NCBI GenBank assembly: GCA_051362555.1
Contig: CM120642.1
Span: 23,374,001-23,438,000, forward strand
Direction of reading: 5' to 3'
Source: Lingula anatina
Lineage: Eukaryota > Animalia > Brachiopoda
Length of the DNA stretch: 64,000 nt
The position numbers were made by a program, and so were the translations under genes. Within the stretch, counting starts at the first letter, position 1; every line of letters starts with the position of its first letter. Positions 12,301-27,300 of this stretch are shown here, one piece after another. The notes under the pieces are model-generated. The model worked only from the letters and a program-made list of their open reading frames with translations, was not told the DNA's origin and did no database searches.

Positions 12301-15300
12301 CCGTAAATTCTCGTATGGCATTAAATTACAAGATGACTATCCTCTGGTGACTCCTTTACATGATGCAAATGTCAAGTCTGATGATGCACTTACAATGGGA
12401 AAAATCCCCACTTCTACACAAGGAAGTGCATGGATGGACTCTTCCACATGTTAATGTATTTCTCATTACAAATTTAAAACTCGCAAGGTCATGCACACAT
12501 AAAAATGTATTGCCCAGCCACAAAATAATAAATCAAATTGGTATTTGTTTGCCATGTAGGATTAGTACATAGGCTTTAATTCAAATAAATGACTTTTTGT
12601 TCATGCAGCCTTCTTGGAATTAATTTTCATTAAAGGCCAAAGATCTTATCTAGACTAAGTTATAAAAAGCATATTAACATAATCTATCACCATCACAGAA
12701 AGAAAGTACACCCCATCAAGAGAATTGTCATACATAACTGTAACAAGGATTAAACCCATTATACCTATCTGCAGCTACATAAACAGGATTTGGGAATTTC
12801 CCCATCAATATCACAAGGTCCCTATCAGGAAATAAGTCACTGCCATGGTTACTCCCATGACTGGCAACTACTATAAAAGAACCAAACCAGCTCCTACATG
12901 TTCCACACATGTACTACATCTGCAGCAGCAAAAAAGGAAAGCTGTATATTTCCATTGTGTAAATCGTTGCATTCAAAATGAAGCTGCATATTCTATCAGT
13001 GTTTTACATTTTTGCCTTGATACTTCTCCTCTCTTACAAGGCACAGGCACATCGTTATATTATTGACGATGAGGAAGAAGAGGGTGGTGAAATAAGTCTG
13101 ATGAATGACAAAGAAGTCACTAAAATGCTGAAAGAGCTCAAGAAATACCGTAGTCAAGACAAACAGCAAAAACAAATTAATCAGCTGAAGCAGTTGGCAA
13201 GAGAATTGCAGGTATTTAAAATAAATTTGAATTGATTTAAATTATTCCTAAGCTTATGACTATGAAGCAAGGTCATAAATATGAAAAAAATGGGAATGGT
13301 AAATTGTGAGAGACCAGGTTTTAGAGGAATGAAAAAAAATTATGATCCAAGTATGTATACTTGTGTGACAAAATCCAGGATCCAGAAAACCCAAATAAAA
13401 TACTTATTGGATAACATTCAAAACTGTATACACTGACATGAATCAAAGTTTATCAATTATTCATATATATATATATATATATAACAAAAAGTATTTCATC
13501 ACTATTTTTTTCTATAGAAACAAGTTGTAATTCTCCATAATAAACTGCATGAATGCAGCAGTGAAGAAAAAGAAAGGACTGAACAAGAAGACACATCAGC
13601 CAATAAAACATCAATCAGACACAAAAGGAGCATCCAGAATTCTGCTGGTAAGTATAAACTTTACAAAACACTATAATGTACAGCTGTCCAACATCTTCCT
13701 AGAAATACCTCACCAGATACACATTCAACAGGACTTTTAAGTACTTTTAACAGGAATAACCAACAAAATTCACTAAAAACATTGTATGTTGTCTTGTAGA
13801 ATACAGTGTATCATATATATATATTCTACTAAATGGAAAAATGTCAGCTAAAGGGAATAACAAAAATATACAACTTATAATGCATTGTTAATGCTCTCTA
13901 TTTTTTTAAGAACTACACTGTAGATCTGTTAGTCATAACTCAAATTGGTATTTGTATGCCATGCAGGATTTCATGCAGTCTTCTAGGAGATAACTTTCAT
14001 TAGGGGCCAAATATCTTATTTAGACTCTATTTCACATACTCTGCATGAGCATTACTTACATTGAAAATACATATGATTTCTCAAATCATTGCTGAAAAAA
14101 AAAACATCACTTTTCACAGGTACTAATGGTGGTGCCACCTACATCCGCTGGGGAAGAAGCACCTGTCCACAAGGAGCTGAACTGGTGTATAATGGTACGA
14201 ATTTTCATTCAGTATCATAACAATGTTACTGATAATTTTCTTCTGGACAGCAAATAAACAATTTCTAATGCCCCCCCCCCCCCCCCTTTCTATGGCAAAT
14301 GTGATACTGAAGCCCATTCACAGAAGAAACTGAAACATGACTGAGGATTAAATTAATTAAAATGTGAAGCCATGATTGATATTATATTTAAAATCCTTTA
14401 ATAGACGAAGGCATCCTGTAGAATTTGATTACAGTTCATTTAAAGATTCAGTTAATATGATACTTACTCAGAAATGTCCTAAGCAATTTACCAAACTTCG
14501 ACAATAATAACTATAAAGTTTCTAAAATGTAATTTGGCCATGAAACCACTCAACAAGATGCATATACATGTAGTTATTTATAGCTGTAAAAATGTTTATT
14601 CTACAACATCTCACTTCTCTTCCAGGAGTTGGTGCGGGATCCCACTACACCCACAGCGGGGGAGGCAGCGACTACCTGTGTGTACCTCATGACCCTGAAT
14701 GGGGGGTTACCACAGACGGGTTCCAATCTAACTCCTTTCTCTATGGAGTAGAGTTTGAAATACAAGCCAACAACCCCTTCCTCACTCACAACACTCCAAA
14801 GCTGACAACAGTGCATGACCAGAGTCCACGTTGTGCTGTCTGCCGCATCCCTTCAAGGTCCAGCCAGGTCATGATTCCAGCCAAAATTACCTGTCCAGCT
14901 AGCTGGACCAAGGAGTACGATGGCTATCTTATGTCCTCCCATCACACACAAAAAAAGTCTCAGTTTGTCTGTGTGGACAAGGCCCCAGAGGTGATGGACG
15001 GGGGAGATGGTGACCAAAATGGTGCTTTATTTTACATAGTGGAAGCACAGTGTGGGTCACTTCCTTGTCCTAGTTATCTATCTGGGAAAGAAATAACCTG
15101 TGTTGTGTGCTCTAAATAAACTATCCCAAATACTACCTTGAGTAAAAAGCATTGATTTTTTTTTAATTTTTAATTTTCGTGTGTATTTTTTTCACAGATT
15201 TAATATAGTTTGCAAATAATTATAATCATTGTCTGCTGACAAATGCTGCAAATAGAACAAATAATGTCCAGTAAATGTTTTTATATTAGTATTCATTTTA

Positions 15301-18300
15301 CTGTGAGCTGCTTTGTTCTCTGTTTACTGAATTTTTTTAGGTTTAACAAAATTTTGGAAAACTGATTGAAAATAAACCCAGTGTCTTTCACTAACACTTG
15401 AATTCTTTTTTCATTCTCTTTTTATGAATAAAATACACAATGCTATGCAGATGACAAAAAACATTAGTCACTCAAGAACTTAAGACGCCATATACTTATT
15501 TCATAATAATCTCATCTTTTCAAGATGAATCATTTCCATACTGGGCAATACTCACAAAAACACGTTCTGACGGGAACATAATTGTGATATCTTCAGAAGC
15601 ATCCTTCAAAATTATTATTAGCAGACTATCATTAAAGTAAATATGACTATTCAATTAAATTGTTGCTAATGAGTATAATTGCCCAATATAATAGGGGAAA
15701 AACACCGCTTTATTTAAAAAAAAACCTTAAGAACATATATTTTAGGGGAAGGTGCAGGGGCATTATGCATACAGTTTACATATAGTAGGTAATCTCTGAA
15801 CATCTCCATTTCACTGCCATTTTTCAATCAACTGGACCTGTACTTTACAGCTGACTAGATCATTAAAATTCCTGAGCATTTTCCATCTCTCTTCTTAGAA
15901 TCTTATTATATATGTGGCATGACATTTCCTAGGATGAATACACCAAAGCTTCAATTTCACAAAACTGGAAGACCACACCCACAAATGGTACACTAGCAGG
16001 ACAAACCATTTTCTTAGAATAACTACTGTAACTACAGAAAAGAATTAAACATAATATTCATGTTCTATTAATAAACCTGAGTAATTTCTAGGCCTGGTGC
16101 AGTTTGCTATTACCTGTCACCTACATGTAATTGAAGAGTAATAAGTAAATCTATAATTTAATTAGCTTTTTTGTGTCTGATGAGATACAATGTATAATTC
16201 TTTAAAGAAGAATAGCATACTGAATTCAAATCAGTTCCAAAGCCCAGCACAATGCATTACTTAATGAAAGGCAGTTTAAGTCTACTTAAGATATTAATGC
16301 AGTGATTTATTAACACCAGGGTCTATGGGTGCATTCCCATAGATTATAGATCGATCTATCCCTGTGGGAAGTCTCACTAGATTACTGTCAGATAATCCGG
16401 CTTAAGTGTCCGTCCCACCTACTACAAGCTACTACAAGGGGGAATCCCTTACAGTGCCCGCTCGGCTGACAGCTATTTAGCGTTAACCCCCAGGGAGTTA
16501 GGTCGATCTAGTTAGAGTTAGGTCGATCTAGTTGGATCGATCTAATCTCTGGGAATAGGGTCTATAATGATTAAATACCTTGGTGAAAAAAAGAACACAT
16601 TACCCTGCAATTACTATCTTAGTGGGATTAAATGTCCTGGTATCTATGCAGGAAATATCCAAGCAGGAAGTTTTCTGCATGGGTGGAAGTGAAATAATTG
16701 CTGCACGGTTCTGCATACAGGTTACTTCCAAACAAACAAACACAAATAGATTTACGGATTTTTCCTGCTCACCCACAAATCATCTCTTAACAGGAAATTA
16801 CTTGTAGTCCAAATTTCCCAACAGGATTCTATTAAGATGATGACCCTCCCTACTTGTTCCAAGTATAAATAGTCCTCCCAAAATCTATCTAGATTCAGTG
16901 TAAGTCAAATAAAGTTAGAACAATGACTGCAGTTATTGCGACTGTGAGAATTGGCATACTTCTGGCAGTTCTTTGTTGCTTGACCCCTTCACATGTTAGG
17001 GGCTATGTGAGCGAGGCTGGACAAGAAGTCCTGATGAAGATGGTGTATGATCTGCAGAAAGACATCATAGATGATAAGAAAAAACTGGCACACCTGGACA
17101 TGGTTACCCAGGAACTGCAGGAGGAAAACAAAATGTTGAAGGTGAATACTCTGATAAAAATTCTATTTTTAAATTCTCACCTGTCATCAAACCACTGAAG
17201 ATAAATTGTCTTACACTAACTAATTATAACTAGAGGATCAGAGAGGCGATACCGCCTCCGAATATTGTACCACCAGCTGGAGCAAGCGCATTCGTATAGA
17301 CCCCCACATACACAAAATAAGGGACACAGCCACCAGTTTTGTGCTTGACAAGCTGTAAAAATGCAATCAACAAGAATTTTTAAACTATTGCAAAAAATAT
17401 ATATGGTACAATCAAATTTAAGTTCTTCGTAAGGTAGGTCAAGGGTCAATTTCAAGGTCACAGTAAATTGCCAGTATATGACTTCCTATTCAAGTTCAAG
17501 AGTAACTATGGACCTATCTCTGTCAAGTTTGAAGTTAAAAGAGAAAGAAATTAGCAGAGTTCAGTTCATGATAAAAAGTAGGTCAAAGGTCAATTTCAAG
17601 GTCACATTTAGATTGCCAGTATATGACTTTCTATTCAAGTTCAATAGTAACTAAGGACCTATCTCTGCCAGTTTTGGAGATAAAAGGGAAGCAAAATTTG
17701 CAAAGTTCAGTTTATGGTGAAAAGTAGGACAAAGGTCAATTTTAATGTCACATTTATAATGCCAGTATATGACTTCCTATTCAAGTTCAATAGTAACTAC
17801 GGACATATCTCAGCCAGTTTTGGAGATAAAAGGAAAGCAAAATTTGCAAAATTCAGTTCATGGTGTAAAGTAGGTCAAAGGTCAATTTTAAGGTCACATT
17901 TAGATTGCCAGTATATGACTTCCTTTTCAAGTTCAATAGTAACTATGGACCTATTTCTGCCAGTTTTGGAGATAAAAGGAAAGCAAAATTTGCAAAGTTC
18001 AGTTCATGGTGAAAAGTAGGTCAGAGGTCAATTTCAAGGTCACATTTAGATTGCCAGTATATGACTTCCTATTCAAGTTCAATAGTAACTATGGACCTAT
18101 CTCAGCCAGTTTTGGAGATAAAAGGGAAGCAAAATTTGCAAAATTCAGTTCATGGTGAAAAGTAGGTCAAAGGTCAATTTCAAGGTCACATTTAGATTGC
18201 CAGTATATGACTTCCTATTCAAGTTCAATAGTAACTATGGACCTATCTCTGCCAGTTTTGGAGATAAAAGGGAAGCAAAATTTGCAAAGTTCAGTTTATG

Positions 18301-21300
18301 GTGAAAAGTAGGTCAAAGGTCAATTTTGAGGTCACATTTAGATTGCCAGTATATGACTTCCTATTCAAGTTCAATAGTAACTACGGACCTATCTCAGCCA
18401 GTTTTGGAGATAAAAGGAAAGCAAAATTTGCAAAATTCAGTTCATGGTGTAAAGTAGGTCAAAGGTCAATTTTAAGGTCACATTTAGATTGCCAGTATAT
18501 GACTTCCTATTCAAGTTCAATAGTAACTACGGACCTATCTCAGCCAGTTTTGGAGATAAAAGGAAAGCAAAATTTGCAAAATTCAGTTCATGGTGTAAAG
18601 TAGGTCAAAGGTCAATTTTAAGGTCACATTTAGATTGCCAGTATATGACTTCCTATTCAAGTTCAATAGTAGCTATGGACCTATCTCTGCCAGTTTTGGA
18701 GATAAAAGGGAAGCAAATTTTGCAAAGTTCAGTTTATGGTGAAAAGTAGGTCAAAGGTCAATTTTAAGGTCACATTTAGATTGCCAGTATATGACTTCCT
18801 ATTCAAGTTCAATAGTAACTATGGACCTATCTCTGCCAGTTTTGGAGATAAAAGGGAAGAAAAATTTGCAAAGTTCAGTTCATGGTGAAAAGTAGGTCAA
18901 AGGTCACTTTCAAGGTCATAGTAAGATTGCCAGTATATGACTTCCTATTCAACTTCAATAGTAACTATGGACCTATCTCTGCCAGTTTTGGAGATAAAAG
19001 GGAAGAAAAATTTGCAAAGTTCAGTTCATGGTGAAAAGTAGGTCAAAGGTCACTTTCAAGGTCATAGTAAGATTGCCAGTATATGACTTCCTATTCAACT
19101 TCAATAGTAGACCTATCTCTGCCAGTTTTGGAGATATAAGGGACTAAATGTTATAATTTTGGAGTTACCATAATGTGCCTTAAATTTCGTACAGAAAAAA
19201 TTAATTAAAATAAAGAAAATGTCATTTTGGTCAAAATTCTTGAAATAGGAGGTGCTCTGAAGTTTCAGAAGTTCAAATTTGATGAAATAATGTCATTTTT
19301 GAACACAAGTTGTCTGCTTTGCCAAGCCTTATGTTTTATTTTTCCAGAGTTCAAAATTTATTATCCATTACCGTACTGCACATTTTGCTTTTACCACCAA
19401 TATGTACTTTTTGATACAGCGTAACTCGAAAACCGTATGGAATACAAAAAAACCGAGACCACCCCCAGTGTTGGGCTTTACATGCTCTACAAAATGCAAA
19501 AAAGAATGGGTCTCTAGCATTAACGGTTCCCGAATTAGAGACAGTTTTCAGTTTCGGTATCTTATGGCTGCTACTCCCGTGAAAATGCACAGATTGACCC
19601 CAAATTCATGGAGATGAAAGATGACCTGAAGGGTAACACCTTCCAATAATATTATTGGTTAAGTCTGTGTGGTGTCTGAATAACAGGGCAAATAATTTTT
19701 TTTTCGTAAAAAATTTCATTTTTTTGAAAATTTTGGCCCATTTGACCTTGAAGTAAAGGTCAAAGGTCAAATCCAAGGGTATATTTGAAATCTACACATA
19801 TGACTTTTGGAAAGCCGTCTATAGAAATTTTTCCCATAACTCCTTCCATAGGGTAGATAATTAGCATTTAATTTTGCCATTTTTAGACAAGGGTGCATTG
19901 CAATGAGTGCCACACCCAAACCCCAATACCGACAAAGCCCAAATTTTACGTGGAACGAGTTGAGATTATAGGTGACCTAAATCCATGAGATGGGTACGGG
20001 GGCCCTTACCGTCTAGGAGGAGAAGCGGTAACGGTGGCCGTCCGGCGGAGCCAACGGAGCCGGCGGAGCCGGCGGAACGATCCGGACGGGACCGAAACCA
20101 TGTGTACCGCCAGCGCTAACGCTGGTGGTACAATAATTCAATTCATTTTATTAACTGATAACCAAAAAAAAAAATCAACTGATTTAAGATTTGTAAGATT
20201 AAAATTCCCACATAGGATCAAAATGCCACAATCCACATATCAGATACATATGCAATAAAGATCTACTTATATGTGACTAAAATACGCTACTATCCTAAAA
20301 AGTAGATGTCCACGATACATTTAAATTCTTGTCCATTATAATTTATCAGGAAAAATTGAAAGATTTTCGCAAAAGGGAAGAAAAACCAGTTGAAGGGCTC
20401 AACCGAACTCTGATAAGGTACAGAAGGCAGATCCAAAATTCTCCTGGAGCAGGTGATTAACATTCTAAATTTGTAATCAACTTGTTAAATGTTCTATTTA
20501 ATAACTTGATTATCTCTACATTCACAACTTCATATTTATTTCTTTTTTAAACTGCTTTATAGTAGTCCTCAGTATTAGCAAAGTGGCAAATTAATTCAAT
20601 CAAATAAAGAGAGATTTCATTTTTCTAAAAGAGTCTGATTTTCCAGTGAAATTGATCAGTGTCCAAGTTCATAACTTTTATATGTTGATAATGTTTACAC
20701 AAAAATATCCTCAAACAGACATATTTTCTCTGGCCTCAGGTGGAGCAACATATGTGAGATGGGGCAGAACGGTATGCCCAAGTGGTGCTGAAAAGGTATA
20801 TAATGGTGAGTTATTTCAGCATTAACTATATGTTCTTTCTTACATATGTACAGACATTATGTGTCTGAAGTCATAGCTATCACCTTTGTCTGTTGTCTGT
20901 AGCAATGTAGCTGTGCACTTTATACCATGAACACAATTTATGGAAGAGCCTGTAATCTATTATTCTCACAATTATTTGATTGATTTGTGGTACTAAGATA
21001 CAAGATACTTATCATCAAGTATCAATTTTGGAATATTTAATTTTTTTTTTAATTTTCAATTATTTGATTTATTTTCTTAAAATCACACAGTTTTTAAGTA
21101 ATTTTACACTTTCACCTTTTGTCATTTTCAGTGTGTGACATTGAAATGTTAGTTGCGTTTTCTCAATACCTATAGTACAAAATTAAAATTGGTTGTTAAA
21201 TATGTTATTTATCATTATGTGTACTATTGCATCAAAATTGACAAAAAAAAACAAAAAAAAAAACATTCTGTATACTGCCACTAAAGATACTATTTAAGAA

Positions 21301-24300
21301 ACCATGAAACTTGATATTCTCTTATGTACAAGAATGATTCTTAGAAAAAAAAAATTCCAATGTTATTTATATTTTCTGAATATTCATGTTATCTATAGCA
21401 GATGATTGGTGGTGATAATGTCATTTATCGTTATGTAATATTGCATCAAAATTGACAAAAAAAAACATAAAAAGTCTGTAAAGGAAAAAACCTTTCACAA
21501 GTTCTTTCTTTCTTTCCTTCAGGTGTGGTCGGTAGTTCCTGGTACGACCACAATGGAGGTGGTGCCACCTATCTATGTCTCCCCCATGATCCTCAGTGGG
21601 GGACTGTCACTGAGGGCTACCAGTCAAAATCGTACATGTACGGAGTGGAATTTGAAATGTATAACAATGACCCCTTCCTCAAAACCAACGTGGATAGAAA
21701 AATCACCAGTTTGCAAGACCACACAGCAGTCTGTGCTGTCTGTCGCATCCCAACAAGGACCAGTCAAGTGATGATTCCAGCCAAAATGGACTGTCCAGCT
21801 AGCTGGACCAAGGAGTATGGAGGCTACTTGATGTCTTCTCATCACACTCACAAAAAATCAGATTTTGTCTGTGTTGATAATGCCCCAGAGGTTAATGACG
21901 GGGGTGTTGGGAATCAAAATGGTGGACTTTGGTATAATGTTGAAGCGGCTTGTGGTTCTCTCCCCTGTCCTAGCTATGGTGATGGGAAAGAACTCACATG
22001 TGTAGTGTGCACTAAATAGAACTGCTGAGTATATTAGCCTTAAAATCTAAATAATTACTATAAACAGGTAGAGATTTAACAAGGACAGACAGTTTTACAG
22101 TTTTGTCTGCTTCGAGTATGATTAAATCATGATCAAGAAGTATAATCCATGGAAGCAACTGTTTACTAGAGTTGATTATGAACTTACATGCAATGTGTGA
22201 TCTAAGAATATTAATGACTCAATCTTTTTTCAATGGGGAAAATTTTGAATTTTACAGGTAATGTATTTTTTTAAGTCATACATTCTTAAATTTAGAACAT
22301 CTCTATAGAGTGGTAGTAACAAAATTAACAAAAAAAGCAGGCTACTTTACATTTCCATTTTATATGGCAAAAACACGACAAATATTTTATAGAAATATAT
22401 CTTTTATGATTCTAAAATTTTGCACTGAAAAAAATGGAAAAATAATTATTCCCATTGAAAAGAGCAGGTCATTACAATAACAGTAGTATTATTCAAAAGG
22501 TGAGACAATTTAGTTTCAATATTTACATGTTTTTATCAGATCTAAATTGTACTTGTTTTCTCTAATCAAAAATAAAATCATTTGTATTAAAACTTTTACA
22601 TAATAATAAAAGATATTCATATGAGACAAACTGATTTACAGAAATTATTAGTAATACACAGTGATGTGGATCAACTGTCTTGAGGTCATCTTGCCCAAAT
22701 ATGAATAATAATATGTGGGGAAAATATCACTAACAATTTATCTTACGAAGCACAAACAAAATTTTCATTCTCAACAGATGACAAATGGAATCAATGAGCT
22801 TTGGTCAATGGGGTTTCCCCTAAAATCAGTCCTGATGTTTGTGGGCATAAACCCTTAATTCTTGTCCATGCAAGTTTGAAGAACTCACCTCTGGACTCAT
22901 CCAAGTTTCTATATGGTGCATTAGCATGCTTACCTTTAACAATTTCACTATTTTGCAGAATACAGGATGTTATAGCATAATCATGCATGCTTCTGGTTGC
23001 TAGGACCTACTATAGTCAGCTCAATATTAAAGGTTGACCAGCAATTTGTAGTTCTAACTTAAAATTACTGAATAATGAAGTATATATTAGTCTGAAGAAA
23101 AACCTTCAACATCAGAAACTTCAAATTTTCCATGAGGCTGATTCCAAGATCTCTTCTGAAGGCCCCAAGTATATATAAAGTCAATACACCATGAAAAAGT
23201 GCTCCACCCATGGTGGCAGCCCGTGAGGAGCTAGTACATATATATATGAGAATATTTCTAGCTTCAAAGTGCCAAAAATTAACCCATGTTCATAATAATT
23301 AACAATACTTTATCATCAATTTGAGTGATGCAATGATAATTTTTACACAAAAGATAAAAGTAAATAATCAAAATCAAATAAATGGAAATGCAATAAGACC
23401 AAATAGTTAAATATAATTATAGGTCTAAACATCATCCATAAAAAATTCTGAACTTGTGTAAAGTTTTACTCAATCTACTCAGCTAGATTCATGCATTGTA
23501 AATTTTGTCCTGGGAAATAAGAGTGATAATATATTGACAGGATTTTTTTTTTTTTTTTTTTTTTTTTTTGGTGCATGTGCACCTCCCTCTCTCTTTTTCT
23601 CTCTTTCTTACTCTCAGTCTTAAATTTCTATTCCTATATCTCATCTCAATTCTGCTCCAATGGGCTTAAATTAAATCACTTAAAATACACATGTCATACC
23701 AGGACCTAACTAGGTGTAATGATTATACAGTCATGTAAACACTCAGAGATTCATAACACAGCCCAGGTTGGAAATCATTAAAAGATTAAGGACATTTTCT
23801 GGATGGGTGGGAAGCCAATAAATCCAAATAACAGGCCTTAAAATATTTTACTGTGGTGAGACAGACAGTTACCCGCACTTCAAAATAACACCCAAAAATA
23901 AAGGAGTGTCTGAAGAATACCACAAGGCCTTTATCATCAATTGCCAGGCTAAGCACCACAACAAGTGATGAGTGCACAATTCACTTCCTGGTATGAAAGT
24001 GACCCTGCAAACAACTATATCCTGTTTCTCAGGAAATCCCAGGTAAAACCCCACAGTAACAGGATCAAGTAAATGAGTCAGCACACCTTTAAAACTATGT
24101 TGACACCCCTGTGCAGGCTATCAGACTGACACACCTGTGGACCTAAGCAGTCAAAGAGAAAACCTTGGTGCTGTCCTTAACAACACCAGATATTGTTTGT
24201 GACAAAAAAGTAACTTTTCTTTTATATTACACACACATATATATATAGAAATTATACATCATAGGTTGTGGACATTTACCTTAGGAAAGCAAGGTGTACA

Positions 24301-27300
24301 GAGCAGAAGAAAATGACAATACTGGACAATGTTTTACTGTCTCTACTGGCGACAGTATGTATTTTACCTTATGTTGAAAATAAAGCACATGGAACAGGGC
24401 ATAACCAGGTGCTCATGAAGATGGTCTATGAACTGCAGAAAGACATCATTCAAGACAAGCAGCAGCTAGCACAGCTGAATGCTCTGACCAAACAGCTCAA
24501 AGACGAGGGGGAAAAACTAACAGAGGAGAATAAAAAACTCAAGGTAAGTTTAAAACTTGTATTTATCATAATGCCATTCTTTAAATTTCATTGCATGATC
24601 CTTTTTTAGTATTTTACATCAACTGAAGCCACATCAAAAGATGTTTCATTTGTGTATTGAATCATTTATATTGGTACTGTGAAATGTCTTTATACAAGCC
24701 ATGTAGATTTTTTTCATTCTAATTAACATAAAACAGTATAATTAATACATTACATGCATAATGTGCTACATTAATTTTGTTGCATGACTTCTAATTATTA
24801 GAACTGGTTCAAATAGGTCTTAGTTTATTTTTCATCTTACAGGAAAAAATTAAGGAAATAAACCATTTACTGCATGGAAAAATTGACAGTAGACCAGAGA
24901 ATGGCACTTTACACAGAGCAAAGAGGCAGGTTTCAATCAATGGTAAGAGAATTATATGTAAGCATTGCATATTGGAAAAGTGCTTACACCTTTATCCCAA
25001 CCAGTCAGAGAGACTAGCATGTTAAATCAGTTCCTTAGGACCAGATGGTATATTCTGTGTATATCTTAAACCCTAATCTTCTACAGCTTACTGTTGCCAG
25101 ATATAATATTTCTATAGTTAATCATCTCATTTTTCTTTAAGTCTTGATTTGTGATAAATATGAAAATTAATTTTTCTGCAATACTTACTAGTAAATGAAA
25201 GCATGATGACAGAATTATAGTTAGATTGCTTTATTTTTCAGTTTGTATATATATGTTTGTGTCATACATTTATCATAAACTAATTTCCATTTGTCATCTA
25301 GGATCCTTATTTTTGGATTCTAGTTTGTCACTGAAAACTTTCAATAGTGGTGAAATTCATTTTATCATCATTCTCTGATCAGCATATAAAATAAGTTAAA
25401 GATTCTGCATATATGTTCTTAGACTCTAGAGTTAAAAAATCTATATAATACAGACATTTTCTATATTTCTCACATTGCCTTTGCTTGGCAGGACAAGCTG
25501 GTGGAGCAGTGTATATCCGCTGGGGCAGAACAACATGCCCTGTGGAAGCAGAACTGGTATATAGTGGTAAGCTGAATTCACCCAAATTATTTCACGAGTA
25601 GATTTATGAAAACACAATGTAGAGGCCTGGAATTACGTGCCCCAGGTGCTCCCCTTTTCTCTTAGAGTGCAGGTTCAAAAAAAAAAAAAAAAAAAACTGT
25701 CAGAGGGTTTTTTAAATACATGTATATATTATCATGAATTTCTATATTTTAGGTATAGCTGGTGGGTCCCATTATACCCACACAGGAGGAGGGAGCAACA
25801 TACTGTGTATGCCCAGAGACCCACAGTGGGGCATCTACACAGATGGATTTCAGTCAAGTGGTCACTTCTATGGTGTTGAGTTTAGGACAGCAGCAAATGA
25901 CCCTTTCCACAAAACAAATGCCAATTCCATAACAAGTCTAACCCCCCAAGATGTAGTATGTGCTGCCTGTCGTGTCCCCACACGCTCAAGCCACATCATG
26001 ATCCCGGCACACATGGAATGCCCCAACAGCTGGTCCAAGGAGTACACGGGGTATCTCATGTCTTCTGCCTATACCCACAAGCGCTCAGAGTACATATGTG
26101 TGGACAGTGCCCCCGAGGTGGACGAGAAAGGAGGGGATGACAAACAAGGCGCCCTGCTTTACAATGTTGAGGCTGCCTGTGGCTCTCTCCCCTGCCCTGA
26201 CTACATCAGTGGTAGAGAGCTCACCTGTGTGGTCTGCACCAAGTAGTACTCTGTTGTTGAAAGTTTTCGAACACTGACTATATTCTCCACAATGAGGACG
26301 TTGTGGAACTAGTGTTCAGAAATGTTTACAAGTAACATTATGTTTGTGTGTGTTTCTAAGTTCTAGTCGTAATTATTAGAGAAGGCTGAACTATTGATTA
26401 AAAAAAACCTATGAGTAACATTATGTATGGATGTATTTCTTAATTCTAGTCATAACGTATAATCTGAGGTGGCTGAACTTAAGCATTGTTTAAAAAAAAT
26501 TACAAGTGACAGTATGCCTGAATATGCTTATAAATATTTTACTCATAACCTACATGTACCTCTGGTGGATTTAAAATCAGACAGTATTTCAATCTTAATT
26601 ACCTGTGACAAATATATGTCTATTTTCAATAGGTAAAAGTGGTCTGTAAATACAGACCGAAAACTAAGAGAGAGCCAATGAATAAAATTTCATAGTGTCA
26701 AAAATTTAGCACTTGACATATCTGCTCTTTTCCTGTCTTAACGAGTTACAGTACACATTATGCACTGTAGCAAAGTGGACCATTTAGCTGGTAACAGACA
26801 CTGCAACACAACAAAAACAATTGAGCACTAGCTTTATTTTCACTTTCACCAAAGATCTCATAATCATATGTAACTTTGTAAGTCATTTTGTATTAATTTT
26901 GTGAATTTTCTCAACCCATCTAGGTCAGATTTAGCACCCTTAAAAAGGTGAACTTCTGCAATAAATGAACACTTAGACTTGGTAGTTCATATATGAATAA
27001 AGATTATCTCTAGATTTTAATTTATGTACTTTAATTTACAGAATATAGATTTCTGTTAATAAAGACTTCAAATCCACACAGATGTCATTGTTTTAAAATC
27101 AATATTAAGATCTTTAGATCAAAATTTAGTAAGACCAACTTTACAAACTGTAAAACTTTCTCCAAATACATATTGCACCAACTATACAGAACACTTGCAT
27201 TTATAACACGGTAGCAGGGAGACCATCACATCAGAGACCCAGCTTAAACAATAGGGTCATCTCTGAATCAGTTCCGTGTTGGAAATTGGACGCAAGGCAA

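Noticed and set aside
17430-19140. Regular repeats resembling a CRISPR array, and ORFs at 17714, 18298 and 18489
   Set aside because: Contiguous 146-bp monomers with no unique spacers, eukaryotic context and no cas genes. The ORFs are by-products of the repeat.
12978-26246. Treating the nested genes as true collagens
   Set aside because: No Gly-X-Y triplets occur in any exon; only the C-terminal non-collagenous domain is shared.
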